Position numbers and translations under genes: made by a program
Shown here: positions 1-16,793 of the stretch, piece after piece
Numbering within the stretch: position 1 is the stretch's first letter
Layout of the letters: each line of letters opens with the position of its first letter
The notes under the pieces: model-generated
Database searches by the model: none
Told to the model about the DNA's origin: nothing
The model's input: only the letters and a program-made list of their open reading frames with translations
Assembly: GCA_964016885.1 (NCBI GenBank)
Contig: OZ024742.1
Span: 365,428,001 to 365,492,000, forward strand
Direction: 5' to 3'
Source: Eledone cirrhosa
Lineage: Eukaryota
DNA: 64,000 nt

Positions 1-3000
1 TCAGGTAAACCCCAAATACAACGACCCACCAAACCACATCAGGTAAACCCCAAATACAACGACCCACCAAACCACATCAGGTAAACCCCAAATACAACGA
101 CCCACCAAACCATATCAGGTAAACCCCAAATACAACGACCCACCAAACCATATCAGATAAACGCCAAATACAACGACCCACCAAACCACATCAGGTAAAC
201 CCCAAATACAACGACCCAGCAAACCACATCAGGTAAACCCCAAATACAAAGACCCACCAAACCACATCAGGTAAACCCCAAATACAACGACCCACCAAAC
301 CATATCAGGTAAATCCCAAATACAACGACCCACCAAACAATATCAGGTAAACCCCAAATACAACGACCCACTAAACCACATCAGGTAAACCCCAAATACA
401 ACGACCCACCAAACCATATCAGGTAAACACTAAATACAACGACCCACCAAACCATATCAGGTAAACCCCAAATACAACGACCCACCAAACCATATCAGTT
501 AAATCCCAAATACAACGACCCACCAAACCACATCAGGTAAACCCCAAATACAACGACCCACCAAACCATATCAGGTAAACTCCAAATACAACGACCCACC
601 AAACTATATCAGGTAAATCCCAAATACAACGACCCACCAAACCACATCAGGTAAACCCCAAATACAACGACCCACCAAACCATATCAGCTAAACCCCAAA
701 TACAACGACCCACCAAACCATATCAGGTAAACCCCAAATACAACGACCCACCAAACCCATCAGGTAAACCCCGAATACAACGACCCACTAAACCATATCA
801 GGTAAACCCCAAATACAACGACCCACCAAACCACATCAGGTAAACCCCAAATACAACGACCCACCAAACCACATCAGTTAAACCCCAAATACAACGACCC
901 ACTAAACCATATCAGGTAAACCCCAAATACAACGACCCACCAAACCACATCAGGTAAACCCCAAATACAACGACCCACCAAACCACATCAGGTAAACCCC
1001 AAATACAACGACCCACTAAACCATATCAGGTAAACCTCAAATACAACGACCCACCAGACCACATCAGGTAAACCCCAAATACAACGACCCACCAAACCAC
1101 ATCAGGTAAACCCCAAATACAACGACCCACCAAACCACATCAGGTAAATCCCAAATACAACGACCCACCAAACCACATCAGGTAAACCCCAAATACAACG
1201 ACCCACCAAACCACATCAGGTAAACCCCAAATACAACGACCCACCAAACCACATCACGTAAACCCCAAATACAACGACCCACCAAACCACATCAGGTAAA
1301 CCTCAAATACAACGACCCACTAAACCACATCAGGTAAACCCCAAATACAACGACCCACCAAACCATATCAGGTAAACTCCAAATACAACGACCCACCAAA
1401 CCATATCAGGTAAACCCCAAATACAACGACCCACCAAACCACATCAGGTAAACCCCGAATACAACGACCCACTAAACCATATCAGGTAAACCCCAAATAC
1501 AACGACCCACCAAACCACATCAGGTAAACCCCAAATACAACGACCCACCAAACCACATCAGTTAAACCCCAAATACAACGACCCACTAAACCACATCAGG
1601 TAAACCCCAAATACAACGACCCACCAAATAACATCAGGTAAACCCCAAATACAACGACCCACCAAACCATATCAGTTAAACCCCAAATACAACGACCCAC
1701 CAAACCACATCAGGTAAACCCCAAATACAACGACCCACCAAACCACATCAGGTAAACCCCAAATACAACGACCCACTAAACCATATCAGGTAAACCTCAA
1801 ATACAACGACCCACCAAACCACATCAGGTAAACCCCAAATACAACGACCCACCAAACCACATCAGGTAAACCCCAAATACAACGACCCACCAAACCACAT
1901 CAGGTAAATCCCAAATACAACGACCCACCAAACCACATCAGGTAAACCCCAAATACAACGACCCACCAAACCACATCACGTAAACCCCAAATACAACGAC
2001 CCACCAAACCACATCAGGTAAACCTCAAATACAACGACCCACCAAACCACATCAGGTAAACCCCAAATACAACGACCCACCAAACCACATCAGGTAAACC
2101 CCAAATACAACGACCCACCAAACCACATCACGTAAACCTCAAATACAACGACCCACCAAACCACATCAGGTAAACCTCAAATACAACGACCCACCAAACC
2201 ACATCAGGTAAACCCCAAATACAACGACCCACCAAACCACATCAGGTAAACCCCAAATACAACGACCCACCAAACCACATCACGTAAACCCCAAATACAA
2301 CGACCCACCAAACCACATCAGGTAAACCTCAAATACAACGACCCACCAAACCACATCAGGTAAACCCCAAATACAACGACCCACCAAACCACATCAGGTA
2401 AACCCCAAATACAACGACCCACCAAACCATATCAGGTAAACTCCAAATACAACGACCCACCAAACCATATCAGGTAAACTCCAAATACAACGACCCACCA
2501 AACCATATCAGGTAAACCCCAAATACAACGACCCACCAAACCATATCAGGTAAACCCCAAATACAACGACCCACCAAACCATATCAGGTAAACCCCAAAT
2601 ACAACGACCCACCAAACCACATCAGGTAAACCCCAAATACAATGACCCACCAAACCATATCAGGTAAACCCCAAATACAACGACCCACCAAACCATATCA
2701 GGTAATCCCCAAATACAACGACCCACCAAACCACATCAGGTAAACCCCAAATACAACGACCCACCAAACCATATCAGGTAAACCCCAAATACAACGACCC
2801 ACCAAACCTTATCAGGTAAACCCAAAATACAACGACCCACCAAACCATATCAGGTAAACCCCAAATACAACGACCCACCAAACCACATTAGGTAAACCCA
2901 AATACAACGACCCACCAAACCATATCAGATAAACGCCAAATACAACGACCCACCAAACCACATCAGGTAAACCCAAATACAACGACCCACCAAACCATAT

Positions 3001-6000
3001 CAGATAAACCCCAAATACAACGACCCACCAAACCATATCAGGTAAACCCCAAATACAACGACCCACCAAACCATATCAGATAAACCCCAAATACAACGAC
3101 CCACCAAACCATATCAGGTAAACCCCAAATACAACGACCCACCAAACCACATCAGGTAAACCCCAAATACAACGACCCACCAAACCATATCAGGTAAACC
3201 CCAAATACAACGACCCACCAAACCACATCAGGTAAACTCCAAATACAATGACCCACCAAACCACATCATTTAAACCCCAAATACAACGACCCACCAAACC
3301 GTATCAGGTAAATCCCAAATACAACGACCCACCAAACCACATCAGGTAAACCCCAAATACAACGACCCACCAAACCATATCAGGTAAACCCCTAATACAA
3401 CGACCCACCAAACCATATCAGGTAAACCCCTAATACAACGACCCACCAAACCACATCACGTAAACCCCAAATACAATGACCCACCAAACCATATCAGGTA
3501 AACCCCAAATACAACGACCCACCAAACCATATCAGGTAAACCCCAAATACAACGACCCACCAAACCACATCAGGTAAACCCCAAATACAATGACCCACCA
3601 AACCATATCAGGTAAACCCCAAATACAACGACCCACCAAACCATATCAGGTAAACCCCAAATACAACGACCCACCAAACCCATCAGGTAAACCCCGAATA
3701 CAACGACCCACTAAACCATATCAGGTAAACCCCAAATACAACGACCCACCAAACCACATCAGGTAAACCCCAAATACAACGACCCACCAAACCACATCAG
3801 TTAAACCCCAAATACAACGACCCACTAAACCATATCAGGTAAACCCCAAATACAACGACCCACCAAACCACATCAGGTAAACCCCAAATACAACGACCCA
3901 CCAAACCACATCAGGTAAACCCCAAATACAACGACCCACTAAACCATATCAGGTAAACCTCAAATACAACGACCAACCAGACCACATCAGGTAAACCCCA
4001 AATACAACGACCCACCAAACCACATCAGGTAAACCCCAAATACAACGACCCACCAAACCACATCAGGTAAATCCCAAATACAACGACCCACCAAACCTCA
4101 TCAGGTAAACCCCAAATACAACGACCCACCAAACCACATCACGTAAACCCCAAATACAACGACCCACCAAACCACATCAGGTAAACCCCAAATACAACGA
4201 CCCACCAAACCACATCACGTAAACCCCAAATACAACGACCCACCAAACCACATCAGGTAAACCTCAAATACAACGACCCACTAAACCACATCAGGTAAAC
4301 CCCAAATACAACGACCCACCAAACCATATCAGGTAAACCCCAAATACAACGACCCACCAAACCATATCAGGTAAACCCCTAATACAACGACCCACCAAAC
4401 CATATCAGGTAAACCCCTAATACAACGACCCACCAAACCACATCACGTAAACCCCAAATACAACGACCCACCAAACCATATCAGGTAAACCCCAAATACA
4501 ACGACCCACCAAACCACATCACGTAAACCCCAAATACAACGACCCACCAAACCACATCAGGTAAACCTCAAATACAACGACCCACTAAACCACATCAGGT
4601 AAACCCCAAATACAACGACCCACCAAACCATATCAGGTAAACTCCAAATACAACGACCCACCAAACCATATCAGGTAAACCCCAAATACAACGACCCACC
4701 AAACCACATCAGGTAAACCCCGAATACAACGACCCACTAAACCATATCAGGTAAACCCCAAATACAACGACCCACCAAACCACATCAGGTAAACCCCAAA
4801 TACAACGACCCACCAAACCACATCAGTTAAACCCCAAATACAACGACCCACTAAACCACATCAGGTAAACCCCAAATACAACGACCCACCAAACCACATC
4901 AGGTAAACCCCAAATACAACGACCCACCAAACCATATCAGTTAAACCCCAAATACAACGACCCACCAAACCACATCAGGTAAACCCCAAATACAACGACC
5001 CACCAAACCACATCAGGTAAACCCCAAATACAACGACCCACTAAACCATATCAGGTAAACCTCAAATACAACGACCCACCAAACCACATCAGGTAAACCC
5101 CAAATACAACGACCCACCAAACCACATCAGGTAAACCCCAAATACAACGACCCACCAAACCACATCAGGTAAATCCCAAATACAACGACCCACCAAACCA
5201 CATCAGGTAAACCCCAAATACAACGACCCACCAAACCACATCACGTAAACCCCAAATACAACGACCCACCAAACCACATCAGGTAAACCTCAAATACAAC
5301 GACCCACCAAACCACATCAGGTAAACCCCAAATACAACGACCCACCAAACCACATCAGGTAAACCCCAAATACAACGACCCACCAAACCACATCACGTAA
5401 ACCTCAAATACAACGACCCACCAAACCACATCAGGTAAACCTCAAATACAACGACCCACCAAACCACATCAGGTAAACCCCAAATACAACGACCCACCAA
5501 ACCACATCAGGTAAACCCCAAATACAACGACCCACCAAACCACATCACGTAAACCCCAAATACAACGACCCACCAAACCACATCAGGTAAACCTCAAATA
5601 CAACGACCCACCAAACCACATCAGGTAAACCCCAAATACAACGACCCACCAAACCACATCAGGTAAACCCCAAATACAACGACCCACCAAACCATATCAG
5701 GTAAACCCCTAATACAACGACCCACCAAACCATATCAGGTAAACCCCAAATACAACGACCCACCAAACCACATCAGGTAAACCCCAAATACAATGACCCA
5801 CCAAACCATATCAGGTAAACCCCAAATACAACGACCCACCAAACCATATCAGGTAAACCCCAAATACAACGACCCACCAAACCCATCAGGTAAACCCCGA
5901 ATACAACGACCCACTAAACCATATCAGGTAAACCCCAAATACAACGACCCACCAAACCACATCAGGTAAACCCCAAATACAACGACCCACCAAACCACAT

Positions 6001-9000
6001 CAGTTAAACCCCAAATACAACGACCCACTAAACCATATCAGGTAAACCCCAAATACAACGACCCACCAAACCACATCAGGTAAACCCCAAATACAACGAC
6101 CCACCAAACCACATCAGGTAAACCCCAAATACAACGACCCACTAAACCATATCAGGTAAACCTCAAATACAACGACCAACCAGACCACATCAGGTAAACC
6201 CCAAATACAACGACCCACCAAACCACATCAGGTAAACCCCAAATACAACGACCCACCAAACCACATCAGGTAAATCCCAAATACAACGACCCACCAAACC
6301 TCATCAGGTAAACCCCAAATACAACGACCCACCAAACCACATCACGTAAACCCCAAATACAACGACCCACCAAACCACATCAGGTAAACCCCAAATACAA
6401 CGACCCACCAAACCACATCACGTAAACCCCAAATACAACGACCCACCAAACCACATCAGGTAAACCTCAAATACAACGACCCACTAAACCACATCAGGTA
6501 AACCCCAAATACAACGACCCACCAAACCATATCAGGTAAACCCCAAATACAACGACCCACCAAACCATATCAGGTAAACCCCTAATACAACGACCCACCA
6601 AACCATATCAGGTAAACCCCTAATACAACGACCCACCAAACCACATCACGTAAACCCCAAATACAACGACCCACCAAACCATATCAGGTAAACCCCAAAT
6701 ACAACGACCCACCAAACCACATCACGTAAACCCCAAATACAACGACCCACCAAACCACATCAGGTAAACCTCAAATACAACGACCCACTAAACCACATCA
6801 GGTAAACCCCAAATACAACGACCCACCAAACCATATCAGGTAAACTCCAAATACAACGACCCACCAAACCATATCAGGTAAACCCCAAATACAACGACCC
6901 ACCAAACCACATCAGGTAAACCCCGAATACAACGACCCACTAAACCATATCAGGTAAACCCCAAATACAACGACCCACCAAACCACATCAGGTAAACCCC
7001 AAATACAACGACCCACCAAACCACATCAGTTAAACCCCAAATACAACGACCCACTAAACCACATCAGGTAAACCCCAAATACAACGACCCACCAAACCAC
7101 ATCAGGTAAACCCCAAATACAACGACCCACCAAACCATATCAGTTAAACCCCAAATACAACGACCCACCAAACCACATCAGGTAAACCCCAAATACAACG
7201 ACCCACCAAACCACATCAGGTAAACCCCAAATACAACGACCCACTAAACCATATCAGGTAAACCTCAAATACAACGACCCACCAAACCACATCAGGTAAA
7301 CCCCAAATACAACGACCCACCAAACCACATCAGGTAAACCCCAAATACAACGACCCACCAAACCACATCAGGTAAATCCCAAATACAACGACCCACCAAA
7401 CCACATCAGGTAAACCCCAAATACAACGACCCACCAAACCACATCACGTAAACCCCAAATACAACGACCCACCAAACCACATCAGGTAAACCTCAAATAC
7501 AACGACCCACCAAACCACATCAGGTAAACCCCAAATACAACGACCCACCAAACCACATCAGGTAAACCCCAAATACAACGACCCACCAAACCACATCACG
7601 TAAACCTCAAATACAACGACCCACCAAACCACATCAGGTAAACCTCAAATACAACGACCCACCAAACCACATCAGGTAAACCCCAAATACAACGACCCAC
7701 CAAACCACATCAGGTAAACCCCAAATACAACGACCCACCAAACCACATCACGTAAACCCCAAATACAACGACCCACCAAACCACATCAGGTAAACCTCAA
7801 ATACAACGACCCACCAAACCACATCAGGTAAACCCCAAATACAACGACCCACCAAACCACATCAGGTAAACCCCAAATACAACGACCCACCAAACCATAT
7901 CAGGTAAACTCCAAATACAACGACCCACCAAACCATATCAGGTAAACTCCAAATACAACGACCCACCAAACCATATCAGGTAAACCCCAAATACAACGAC
8001 CCACCAAACCATATCAGGTAAACCCCAAATACAACGACCCACCAAACCAGATCAGGTAAACCCCAAATACAACGACCCACCAAACCACATCAGGTAAACC
8101 CCAAATACAATGACCCACCAAACCATATCAGGTAAACCCCAAATACAACGACCCACCAAACCATATCAGGTAATCCCCAAATACAACGACCCACCAAACC
8201 ACATCAGGTAAACCCCAAATACAACGACCCACCAAACCATATCAGGTAAACCCCAAATACAACGACCCACCAAACCTTATCAGGTAAACCCAAAATACAA
8301 CGACCCACCAAACCATATCAGGTAAACCCCAAATACAACGACCCACCAAACCACATTAGGTAAACCCAAATACAACGACCCACCAAACCATATCAGATAA
8401 ACGCCAAATACAACGACCCACCAAACCACATCAGGTAAACCCAAATACAACGACCCACCAAACCATATCAGATAAACCCCAAATACAACGACCCACCAAA
8501 CCATATCAGGTAAACCCCAAATACAACGACCCACCAAACCATATCAGATAAACCCCAAATACAACGACCCACCAAACCATATCAGGTAAACCCCAAATAC
8601 AACGACCCACCAAACCACATCAGGTAAACCCCAAATACAACGACCCACCAAACCATATCAGGTAAACCCCAAATACAACGACCCACCAAACCACATCACG
8701 TAAACCCCAAATACAACGACCCACCAAACCACATCAGGTAAACCTCAAATACAACGACCCACTAAACCACATCAGGTAAACCCCAAATACAACGACCCAC
8801 CAAACCATATCAGGTAAACTCCAAATACAACGACCCACCAAACCATATCAGGTAAACCCCAAATACAACGACCCACCAAACCACATCAGGTAAACCCCGA
8901 ATACAACGACCCACTAAACCATATCAGGTAAACCCCAAATACAACGACCCACCAAACCACATCAGGTAAACCCCAAATACAACGACCCACCAAACCACAT

Positions 9001-12000
9001 CAGTTAAACCCCAAATACAACGACCCACTAAACCACATCAGGTAAACCCCAAATACAACGACCCACCAAATAACATCAGGTAAACCCCAAATACAACGAC
9101 CCACCAAACCATATCAGTTAAACCCCAAATACAACGACCCACCAAACCACATCAGGTAAACCCCAAATACAACGACCCACCAAACCACATCAGGTAAACC
9201 CCAAATACAACGACCCACTAAACCATATCAGGTAAACCTCAAATACAACGACCCACCAAACCACATCAGGTAAACCCCAAATACAACGACCCACCAAACC
9301 ACATCAGGTAAACCCCAAATACAACGACCCACCAAACCACATCAGGTAAATCCCAAATACAACGACCCACCAAACCACATCAGGTAAACCCCAAATACAA
9401 CGACCCACCAAACCACATCACGTAAACCCCAAATACAACGACCCACCAAACCACATCAGGTAAACCTCAAATACAACGACCCACCAAACCACATCAGGTA
9501 AACCCCAAATACAACGACCCACCAAACCACATCAGGTAAACCCCAAATACAACGACCCACCAAACCACATCACGTAAACCTCAAATACAACGACCCACCA
9601 AACCACATCAGGTAAACCTCAAATACAACGACCCACCAAACCACATCAGGTAAACCCCAAATACAACGACCCACCAAACCACATCAGGTAAACCCCAAAT
9701 ACAACGACCCACCAAACCACATCACGTAAACCCCAAATACAACGACCCACCAAACCACATCAGGTAAACCTCAAATACAACGACCCACCAAACCACATCA
9801 GGTAAACCCCAAGTACAACGACCCACCAAACCACATCAGGTAAACCCCAAATACAACGACCCACCAAACCATATCAGGTAAACTCCAAATACAACGACCC
9901 ACCAAACCATATCAGGTAAACTCCAAATACAACGACCCACCAAACCATATCAGGTAAACCCCAAATACAACGACCCACCAAACCATATCAGGTAAACCCC
10001 AAATACAACGACCCACCAAACCATATCAGGTAAACCCCAAATACAACGACCCACCAAACCACATCAGGTAAACCCCAAATACAATGACCCACCAAACCAT
10101 ATCAGGTAAACCCCAAATACAACGACCCACCAAACCATATCAGGTAATCCCCAAATACAACGACCCACCAAACCACATCAGGTAAACCCCAAATACAACG
10201 ACCCACCAAACCATATCAGGTAAACCCCAAATACAACGACCCACCAAACCTTATCAGGTAAACCCAAAATACAACGACCCACCAAACCATATCAGGTAAA
10301 CCCCAAATACAACGACCCACCAAACCACATTAGGTAAACCCAAATACAACGACCCACCAAACCATATCAGATAAACGCCAAATACAACGACCCACCAAAC
10401 CACATCAGGTAAACCCAAATACAACGACCCACCAAACCATATCAGATAAACCCCAAATACAACGACCCACCAAACCATATCAGGTAAACCCCAAATACAA
10501 CGACCCACCAAACCATATCAGATAAACCCCAAATACAACGACCCACCAAACCATATCAGGTAAACCCCAAATACAACGACCCACCAAACCACATCAGGTA
10601 AACCCCAAATACAACGACCCACCAAACCATATCAGGTAAACCCCAAATACAACGACCCACCAAACCACATCAGGTAAACTCCAAATACAATGACCCACCA
10701 AACCACATCATTTAAACCCCAAATACAACGACCCACCAAACCGTATCAGGTAAATCCCAAATACAACGACCCACCAAACCACATCAGGTAAACCCCAAAT
10801 ACAACGACCCACCAAACCATATCAGGTAAACCCCTAATACAACGACCCACCAAACCATATCAGGTAAACCCCTAATACAACGACCCACCAAACCACATCA
10901 CGTAAACCCCAAATACAATGACCCACCAAACCATATCAGGTAAACCCCAAATACAACGACCCACCAAACCATATCAGGTAAACCCCAAATACAACGACCC
11001 ACCAAACCACATCAGGTAAACCCCAAATACAATGACCCACCAAACCATATCAGGTAAACCCCAAATACAACGACCCACCAAACCATATCAGGTAAACCCC
11101 AAATACAACGACCCACCAAACCCATCAGGTAAACCCCGAATACAACGACCCACTAAACCATATCAGGTAAACCCCAAATACAACGACCCACCAAACCACA
11201 TCAGGTAAACCCCAAATACAACGACCCACCAAACCACATCAGTTAAACCCCAAATACAACGACCCACTAAACCATATCAGGTAAACCCCAAATACAACGA
11301 CCCACCAAACCACATCAGGTAAACCCCAAATACAACGACCCACCAAACCACATCAGGTAAACCCCAAATACAACGACCCACTAAACCATATCAGGTAAAC
11401 CTCAAATACAACGACCAACCAGACCACATCAGGTAAACCCCAAATACAACGACCCACCAAACCACATCAGGTAAACCCCAAATACAACGACCCACCAAAC
11501 CACATCAGGTAAATCCCAAATACAACGACCCACCAAACCTCATCAGGTAAACCCCAAATACAACGACCCACCAAACCACATCACGTAAACCCCAAATACA
11601 ACGACCCACCAAACCACATCAGGTAAACCCCAAATACAACGACCCACCAAACCACATCACGTAAACCCCAAATACAACGACCCACCAAACCACATCAGGT
11701 AAACCTCAAATACAACGACCCACTAAACCACATCAGGTAAACCCCAAATACAACGACCCACCAAACCATATCAGGTAAACCCCAAATACAACGACCCACC
11801 AAACCATATCAGGTAAACCCCTAATACAACGACCCACCAAACCATATCAGGTAAACCCCTAATACAACGACCCACCAAACCACATCACGTAAACCCCAAA
11901 TACAACGACCCACCAAACCATATCAGGTAAACCCCAAATACAACGACCCACCAAACCACATCACGTAAACCCCAAATACAACGACCCACCAAACCACATC

Positions 12001-15000
12001 AGGTAAACCTCAAATACAACGACCCACTAAACCACATCAGGTAAACCCCAAATACAACGACCCACCAAACCATATCAGGTAAACTCCAAATACAACGACC
12101 CACCAAACCATATCAGGTAAACCCCAAATACAACGACCCACCAAACCACATCAGGTAAACCCCGAATACAACGACCCACTAAACCATATCAGGTAAACCC
12201 CAAATACAACGACCCACCAAACCACATCAGGTAAACCCCAAATACAACGACCCACCAAACCACATCAGTTAAACCCCAAATACAACGACCCACTAAACCA
12301 CATCAGGTAAACCCCAAATACAACGACCCACCAAACCACATCAGGTAAACCCCAAATACAACGACCCACCAAACCATATCAGTTAAACCCCAAATACAAC
12401 GACCCACCAAACCACATCAGGTAAACCCCAAATACAACGACCCACCAAACCACATCAGGTAAACCCCAAATACAACGACCCACTAAACCATATCAGGTAA
12501 ACCTCAAATACAACGACCCACCAAACCACATCAGGTAAACCCCAAATACAACGACCCACCAAACCACATCAGGTAAACTCCAAATACAACGACCCACCAA
12601 ACCACATCAGGTAAATCCCAAATACAACGACCCACCAAACCACATCAGGTAAACCCCAAATACAACGACCCACCAAACCACATCACGTAAACCCCAAATA
12701 CAACGACCCACCAAACCACATCAGGTAAACCTCAAATACAACGACCCACCAAACCACATCAGGTAAACCCCAAATACAACGACCCACCAAACCACATCAG
12801 GTAAACCCCAAATACAACGACCCACCAAACCACATCACGTAAACCTCAAATACAACGACCCACCAAACCACATCAGGTAAACCTCAAATACAACGACCCA
12901 CCAAACCACATCAGGTAAACCCCAAATACAACGACCCACCAAACCACATCAGGTAAACCCCAAATACAACGACCCACCAAACCACATCACGTAAACCCCA
13001 AATACAACGACCCACCAAACCACATCAGGTAAACCTCAAATACAACGACCCACCAAACCACATCAGGTAAACCCCAAATACAACGACCCACCAAACCACA
13101 TCAGGTAAACCCCAAATACAACGACCCACCAAACCATATCAGGTAAACCCCTAATACAACGACCCACCAAACCATATCAGGTAAACCCCAAATACAACGA
13201 CCCACCAAACCACATCAGGTAAACCCCAAATACAATGACCCACCAAACCATATCAGGTAAACCCCAAATACAACGACCCACCAAACCATATCAGGTAAAC
13301 CCCAAATACAACGACCCACCAAACCCATCAGGTAAACCCCGAATACAACGACCCACTAAACCATATCAGGTAAACCCCAAATACAACGACCCACCAAACC
13401 ACATCAGGTAAACCCCAAATACAACGACCCACCAAACCACATCAGTTAAACCCCAAATACAACGACCCACTAAACCATATCAGGTAAACCCCAAATACAA
13501 CGACCCACCAAACCACATCAGGTAAACCCCAAATACAACGACCCACCAAACCACATCAGGTAAACCCCAAATACAACGACCCACTAAACCATATCAGGTA
13601 AACCTCAAATACAACGACCAACCAGACCACATCAGGTAAACCCCAAATACAACGACCCACCAAACCACATCAGGTAAACCCCAAATACAACGACCCACCA
13701 AACCACATCAGGTAAATCCCAAATACAACGACCCACCAAACCTCATCAGGTAAACCCCAAATACAACGACCCACCAAACCACATCACGTAAACCCCAAAT
13801 ACAACGACCCACCAAACCACATCAGGTAAACCCCAAATACAACGACCCACCAAACCACATCACGTAAACCCCAAATACAACGACCCACCAAACCACATCA
13901 GGTAAACCTCAAATACAACGACCCACTAAACCACATCAGGTAAACCCCAAATACAACGACCCACCAAACCATATCAGGTAAACCCCAAATACAACGACCC
14001 ACCAAACCATATCAGGTAAACCCCTAATACAACGACCCACCAAACCATATCAGGTAAACCCCTAATACAACGACCCACCAAACCACATCACGTAAACCCC
14101 AAATACAACGACCCACCAAACCATATCAGGTAAACCCCAAATACAACGACCCACCAAACCACATCACGTAAACCCCAAATACAACGACCCACCAAACCAC
14201 ATCAGGTAAACCTCAAATACAACGACCCACTAAACCACATCAGGTAAACCCCAAATACAACGACCCACCAAACCATATCAGGTAAACTCCAAATACAACG
14301 ACCCACCAAACCATATCAGGTAAACCCCAAATACAACGACCCACCAAACCACATCAGGTAAACCCCGAATACAACGACCCACTAAACCATATCAGGTAAA
14401 CCCCAAATACAACGACCCACCAAACCACATCAGGTAAACCCCAAATACAACGACCCACCAAACCACATCAGTTAAACCCCAAATACAACGACCCACTAAA
14501 CCACATCAGGTAAACCCCAAATACAACGACCCACCAAACCACATCAGGTAAACCCCAAATACAACGACCCACCAAACCATATCAGTTAAACCCCAAATAC
14601 AACGACCCACCAAACCACATCAGGTAAACCCCAAATACAACGACCCACCAAACCACATCAGGTAAACCCCAAATACAACGACCCACTAAACCATATCAGG
14701 TAAACCTCAAATACAACGACCCACCAAACCACATCAGGTAAACCCCAAATACAACGACCCACCAAACCACATCAGGTAAACCCCAAATACAACGACCCAC
14801 CAAACCACATCAGGTAAATCCCAAATACAACGACCCACCAAACCACATCAGGTAAACCCCAAATACAACGACCCACCAAACCACATCACGTAAACCCCAA
14901 ATACAACGACCCACCAAACCACATCAGGTAAACCTCAAATACAACGACCCACCAAACCACATCAGGTAAACCCCAAATACAACGACCCACCAAACCACAT

Positions 15001-16793
15001 CAGGTAAACCCCAAATACAACGACCCACCAAACCACATCACGTAAACCTCAAATACAACGACCCACCAAACCACATCAGGTAAACCTCAAATACAACGAC
15101 CCACCAAACCACATCAGGTAAACCCCAAATACAACGACCCACCAAACCACATCAGGTAAACCCCAAATACAACGACCCACCAAACCACATCACGTAAACC
15201 CCAAATACAACGACCCACCAAACCACATCAGGTAAACCTCAAATACAACGACCCACCAAACCACATCAGGTAAACCCCAAATACAACGACCCACCAAACC
15301 ACATCAGGTAAACCCCAAATACAACGACCCACCAAACCATATCAGGTAAACTCCAAATACAACGACCCACCAAACCATATCAGGTAAACTCCAAATACAA
15401 CGACCCACCAAACCATATCAGGTAAACCCCAAATACAACGACCCACCAAACCATATCAGGTAAACCCCAAATACAACGACCCACCAAACCAGATCAGGTA
15501 AACCCCAAATACAACGACCCACCAAACCACATCAGGTAAACCCCAAATACAATGACCCACCAAACCATATCAGGTAAACCCCAAATACAACGACCCACCA
15601 AACCATATCAGGTAATCCCCAAATACAACGACCCACCAAACCACATCAGGTAAACCCCAAATACAACGACCCACCAAACCATATCAGGTAAACCCCAAAT
15701 ACAACGACCCACCAAACCTTATCAGGTAAACCCAAAATACAACGACCCACCAAACCATATCAGGTAAACCCCAAATACAACGACCCACCAAACCACATTA
15801 GGTAAACCCAAATACAACGACCCACCAAACCATATCAGATAAACGCCAAATACAACGACCCACCAAACCACATCAGGTAAACCCAAATACAACGACCCAC
15901 CAAACCATATCAGATAAACCCCAAATACAACGACCCACCAAACCATATCAGGTAAACCCCAAATACAACGACCCACCAAACCATATCAGATAAACCCCAA
16001 ATACAACGACCCACCAAACCATATCAGGTAAACCCCAAATACAACGACCCACCAAACCACATCAGGTAAACCCCAAATACAACGACCCACCAAACCATAT
16101 CAGGTAAACCCCAAATACAACGACCCACCAAACCACATCAGGTAAACTCCAAATACAATGACCCACCAAACCACATCATTTAAACCCCAAATACAACGAC
16201 CCACCAAACCGTATCAGGTAAATCCCAAATACAACGACCCACCAAACCACATCAGGTAAACCCAAAATACAACGACCCACCAAACCATATCAGGTAAACC
16301 CCAAATACAACGACCCACCAAACCATATCAGGTAAACCCCTAATACAACGACCCACCAAACCATATCAGGTAAACCCCTAATACAACGACCCACCAAACC
16401 ACATCACGTAAACCCCAAATACAATGACCCACCAAACCATATCAGGTAAACCCCAAATACAACGACCCACCAAACCATATCAGGTAAACCCCAAATACAA
16501 CGACCCACCAAACCACATCAGGTAAACCCCAAATACAATGACCCACCAAACCATATCAGGTAAACCCCAAATACAACGACCCACCAAACCACATCAGTTA
16601 AACCCCAAATACAACGACCTACCAAACCATATCAGGTAAACCCCAAATACAACGACCCACCAAACCACATCAGGTGAACCCCAAATACAACGACCCACCA
16701 AACCACATCAGGTAAACCCCAAATACAACGACCCACCAAACCACATCAGGTGAACCCCAAATACAACGACCCACCAAACCACATCAGGTGAAA
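1..16793. repeat. 38-bp tandem satellite, consensus TCAGGTAAACCCCAAATACAACGACCCACCAAACCA(C/T)A, ~440 copies in window; probably continues past the left edge
   Basis: Unit restarts at 1, 39, 77 and so on. Variants are single-base changes or 1-bp deletions. The array ends at ...ACATCAGGTGAAAC near 16793. Confidence 0.98.

Noticed and set aside
2812-15979. Four identical 85-aa hydrophobic ORFs in the 38-bp satellite
   Set aside because: They arise where 1-bp deletions skip the stop codon in the repeat and have no ATG start. Useful only as markers of the higher-order duplication.
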